Assembly (NCBI GenBank): GCA_947454705.1
Contig: CANGKZ010000002.1
Location: forward strand, 78,882-142,881
Reading direction: 5' to 3'
DNA: 64,000 nt
Source: Verrucomicrobiota bacterium
GTDB taxonomy: Bacteria > Verrucomicrobiota > Verrucomicrobiia > Limisphaerales > UBA9464
The notes under the pieces were generated by a model that was not told the DNA's origin, ran no database searches, and was given only the letters and a program-made list of their open reading frames with translations. The position numbers and the translations under genes were made by a program. This document shows positions 61,457 through 64,000 of the stretch, piece by piece (within the stretch, counting starts at the first letter, position 1; the number at the start of each line of letters is the position of its first letter).

Positions 61457-62797
61457 TCACTTCCGCGGCGCGGGCTTCTGCGGATCGAAGGCGTCGACGA
61501 ACTTCACCAGCGCGCGGACGTCGTGGTAGTTGGCCTTCCAGTTGTGGGCGAGTCCCGGGGCCTTGGGCGCGCCTTCGGAGGTGACCGAGTCGACCCAGAT
61601 GCCGGTGCGGGAATCGGTCATGTGGGTGTTTACAAACTGGAACGTCTGCGTGAGGGCGGTGCGATACGCCGCGTTCGAGGGCTGGTTTCCCAGACCGTCG
61701 GTGAGGGCGGCAATCATCTCGGCCTGCACCCACCAGACCTTGGTGGTGTCGGTGGCGGGTCCGTTGCCGGCACCGCGGTTGTACACGCCGCCGAGTTTGG
61801 AATCGGTGCCGTGCGCGAGCGCGTGCTGGACGTGCGCATGGAAATGCGGCCAGGAGCGGGGCGTCCGCAGCACTTCCTCGGCGCGAATCATCAGCCAGGC
61901 GAATTCGACGTTGTGGCCGTAGCTGAGTCCGGCTGAGGACGGATCGGTGGAGGGCGACCAGTCGGGATGAAAATGAAACGCGGACTTGGCGGGATCCGCC
62001 GGATAGAAGCGGCGGCGGTTGATCTCCAGGGCTTCGGTAAGTGACTTGCGGACTTCGGCGTCGTGGGTGGCGTCGTAGAGCTCGGCGAGGGCCTCCATCC
62101 AGTGCAGATGCGTGTTCGCGCTCTTGTGTCCGGCGAGTTCCACGATGGCGTTGCGGTCGCCGACGGGGAGCGGGGTCCAGTCGCGCTCGAAGTGCTCCAT
62201 CCATCCCGGATGCGCGGTGTCGTGGGTCCGCTTCTGCAGCACGTGATACAGGTCGAGGGCTTCGCGCAGGGCTGCGGCGTCGCCCGAGGCGCGGTGGTAT
62301 TCCACCAGGGCGTACACCACGAAGGATTCGCCGTAGAGGCGCTTGCGTCCATCGCGCAGGGCACCGTCGGGAGCAACCGACCAGAAGTGTCCGCCGTGTT
62401 CGCGATCCTTCATCGCGGATTGGAGGAACTCGACGCCGTGGCGCGCGGCCTTGAGGTAGTCGCGCTGCGCGGTGCTGTACCCTTTTCGATGCGCGAGGGA
62501 GAAGGTCCAGACCATCCGCGCCTGGGTCACGATCTGCTTTTCGTCCGGCGTACCGCGTCCGCGGACGGCATCATCGGCCAGCACGTAGCCGCCGCGTTTC
62601 CAGTCGATCGCGGTGTCGTACCAATACGGCAGGATGCGTTCGGAGAGGTTTTTTCTCCAAGCCACGGCCTCCGCGTGCAGGGCCGCATCGGTGGGGACCT
62701 GCACCGCAGGCAATGCGGCCGCGCCGGGAAGCGAACTCAACGCCAGCGCGAGAATCAGTGCCTGTGGGATGCGGGCCACGGATCGAGGATGCGGCAT
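61457..62797 (-). CDS. secreted N-acylglucosamine 2-epimerase (AGE) superfamily protein
   Basis: It has a signal peptide (ALILALALSSLPGAAA), then the (alpha/alpha)6-type strings ILPYWYD, MVWTFSLAH, YGESFVVYALVEY, ANTHLHWMEAL and YGHNVEFAWL. Confidence 0.75.
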   Translation of the reverse strand: MPHPRSVARIPQALILALALSSLPGAAALPAVQVPTDAALHAEAVAWRKNLSERILPYWYDTAIDWKRGGYVLADDAVRGRGTPDEKQIVTQARMVWTFSLAHRKGYSTAQRDYLKAARHGVEFLQSAMKDREHGGHFWSVAPDGALRDGRKRLYGESFVVYALVEYHRASGDAAALREALDLYHVLQKRTHDTAHPGWMEHFERDWTPLPVGDRNAIVELAGHKSANTHLHWMEALAELYDATHDAEVRKSLTEALEINRRRFYPADPAKSAFHFHPDWSPSTDPSSAGLSYGHNVEFAWLMIRAEEVLRTPRSWPHFHAHVQHALAHGTDSKLGGVYNRGAGNGPATDTTKVWWVQAEMIAALTDGLGNQPSNAAYRTALTQTFQFVNTHMTDSRTGIWVDSVTSEGAPKAPGLAHNWKANYHDVRALVKFVDAFDPQKPAPRK

Positions 62798-62846
62798 GAT
62801 GATGCGTTTTGCGTTGCGGCTCGCTTGCTACCACCCGTTCAGCCGG

Positions 62847-64000
62847 TCACTTGCTCAGGAATCCCTTGGGATGCTGTGCGGGTGCGGGCGGGAACGGGAG
62901 GACATCGGGAATGACCTTCACGTTGGTGGTCAGCTTGAGCGGGGTGGAGGCGCCGACGTCGTAGGTCATCTCGAGGAAGTAGCCGGTCCAGCCTTTCTCA
63001 GGCTTGGTGATGGATGCGGTGTAGTTGCCTGCAGCGTCGGGAGAGACGGGGGTGGATTTCCAGATCGGGCCGGAGGTCTCGAGGCGGAAGTCGCGGACGG
63101 TGTCTACGTGGGCCTGCCAGAGCAGCACCTGACGCGGGGCGTCCTTCGGTGTGACGGTCACGGTGCCTTCGTCGGCATGCTTCCAGGTGAATTCGGGCAG
63201 GTGACCCTTGGTGGCCGCGAGATGCTGCCAGGCGAGCAATGATTCATACGCATCGCTGTTGCGCATGGAGTGATCGGTGTTCGGGACGTAGCGGAGGTAC
63301 TTCGGTCCGGTGAGCTGGTCGAAGTAGAACTGCGAGGAGTCCGGGAGGAAGAACTGGTCGCCCGCCGCGTTCATGAGGAGCTTCGGCATGGTGAGGCGGT
63401 CGCGGTAGGAGAAGGGATCTTCGATTTCGTACAGCTTCTTGATCTCACGGGTGCCGTTCCAGTCCATGATGTGGTGCTGGGTGTAATTGCCCACCGCCGG
63501 GGCATAGAACCCGTAGGCCTGGTAGTGGTGCTGCATGGATTTCTCCACGTTGAGGACGTCGATCACGATCGGGCAGATGGCCACGACGCGCGGGTCGACG
63601 GCTGCGGTGGTCCAGGTGGTCCAGCCGCGCTTGGATCCGCCGGAGACGACGAACTTGTCGACCTTCACATTGCCGCCCTCGGGGGAACCGAGGAAGGCGG
63701 TGACGGTGTCCATGGCGCGAACCGCGGACTTGGTCATGGGCAGCCGGGCCGGCCAGCGTTCATCGCCGGTGCGGAGGTACTTGTCCCAGGTGTAGGCGAT
63801 GAGGTCGTCTTCGGTGCGTTCCACGCCGTCGTTGCCGAAGATCAGGGGCTGATTCGGCACCATTTTGAGCTCGGCCACTACGGAATGGGTTTCCTTGGCG
63901 ATGCGGATGAGCTCCCGGGTCGGCATCGGGGGGCGATCGCCGCGATTGGCGCCGCCGGAGATGAACAGCAGGGCGGTGGAGTTGTTGAGATTGTCGGGTT
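62847..64000 (-). CDS. PhoPQ-activated pathogenicity-related (PqaA-type) hydrolase-fold protein, 5' end beyond the window
   Basis: It has FVVSGGSKRGWTTWTTAAVDPRVVAICPIVIDVLN and LLMNAAGDQFFLPDSSQFY. The reading frame stays open upstream of ATG 63926 to the window edge (..NSTALLFISGGANRGDRPP). Confidence 0.75.
   Translation of the reverse strand, partial: PDNLNNSTALLFISGGANRGDRPPMPTRELIRIAKETHSVVAELKMVPNQPLIFGNDGVERTEDDLIAYTWDKYLRTGDERWPARLPMTKSAVRAMDTVTAFLGSPEGGNVKVDKFVVSGGSKRGWTTWTTAAVDPRVVAICPIVIDVLNVEKSMQHHYQAYGFYAPAVGNYTQHHIMDWNGTREIKKLYEIEDPFSYRDRLTMPKLLMNAAGDQFFLPDSSQFYFDQLTGPKYLRYVPNTDHSMRNSDAYESLLAWQHLAATKGHLPEFTWKHADEGTVTVTPKDAPRQVLLWQAHVDTVRDFRLETSGPIWKSTPVSPDAAGNYTASITKPEKGWTGYFLEMTYDVGASTPLKLTTNVKVIPDVLPFPPAPAQHPKGFLSK

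Overview
High-GC chromosomal segment, about 88% coding and with no rRNA or tRNA, most likely from a Verrucomicrobiota/PVC-group bacterium. The taxon call rests on PEP-CTERM tails, a DUF1549/DUF1553 + DUF1501 pair, ECF sigma factors with Ser/Thr-kinase or membrane partners, and characteristic intergenic repeats; it is an inference, not a database hit. Housekeeping genes recognised by motif are polX, folC, a dipeptide epimerase, fabI, ispF, rnc, a cysteine desulfurase, a DapA-family enzyme and a POT transporter. Four blocks deserve attention. (1) A roughly 15.5 kb one-strand nitrate-assimilation operon (24.1-39.5 kb) sits divergent from a LysR gene. It has three NrtA paralogues (only one with a Tat leader), NrtBCD, an alginate-export-type porin and a CysJ-like diflavin reductase next to NirA. 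Its signal-less NasA is start/stop-coupled to a fused DmsB-like 4x[4Fe-4S] / 8-TM DmsC-like anchor. (2) A BlaI repressor is paired with a 1265-aa BlaR1(M56)-...-secretin fusion, with a perfect 16-bp palindrome in the promoter. (3) A secreted-protein operon (17.4-22.7 kb) lies divergent from a WD40 Ser/Thr kinase + ECF sigma pair. It encodes a Gly-rich beta-helix protein, an FN3/cadherin-like protein with seven VSRExS motif copies, a stand-alone P-domain PEP-CTERM protein and a leader-bearing DUF62 SAM hydrolase. (4) A full-length vitamin-K-dependent gamma-glutamyl-carboxylase homologue. Almost every intergenic gap holds one of several MITE/BIME-like inverted-repeat families built from short-period iterons, and one copy sits inside a decayed PEP-CTERM gene. 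No CRISPR array, integrase, transposase or recognisable defence gene was seen. All calls come from reading the ORF translations and DNA by eye; no searches were run.
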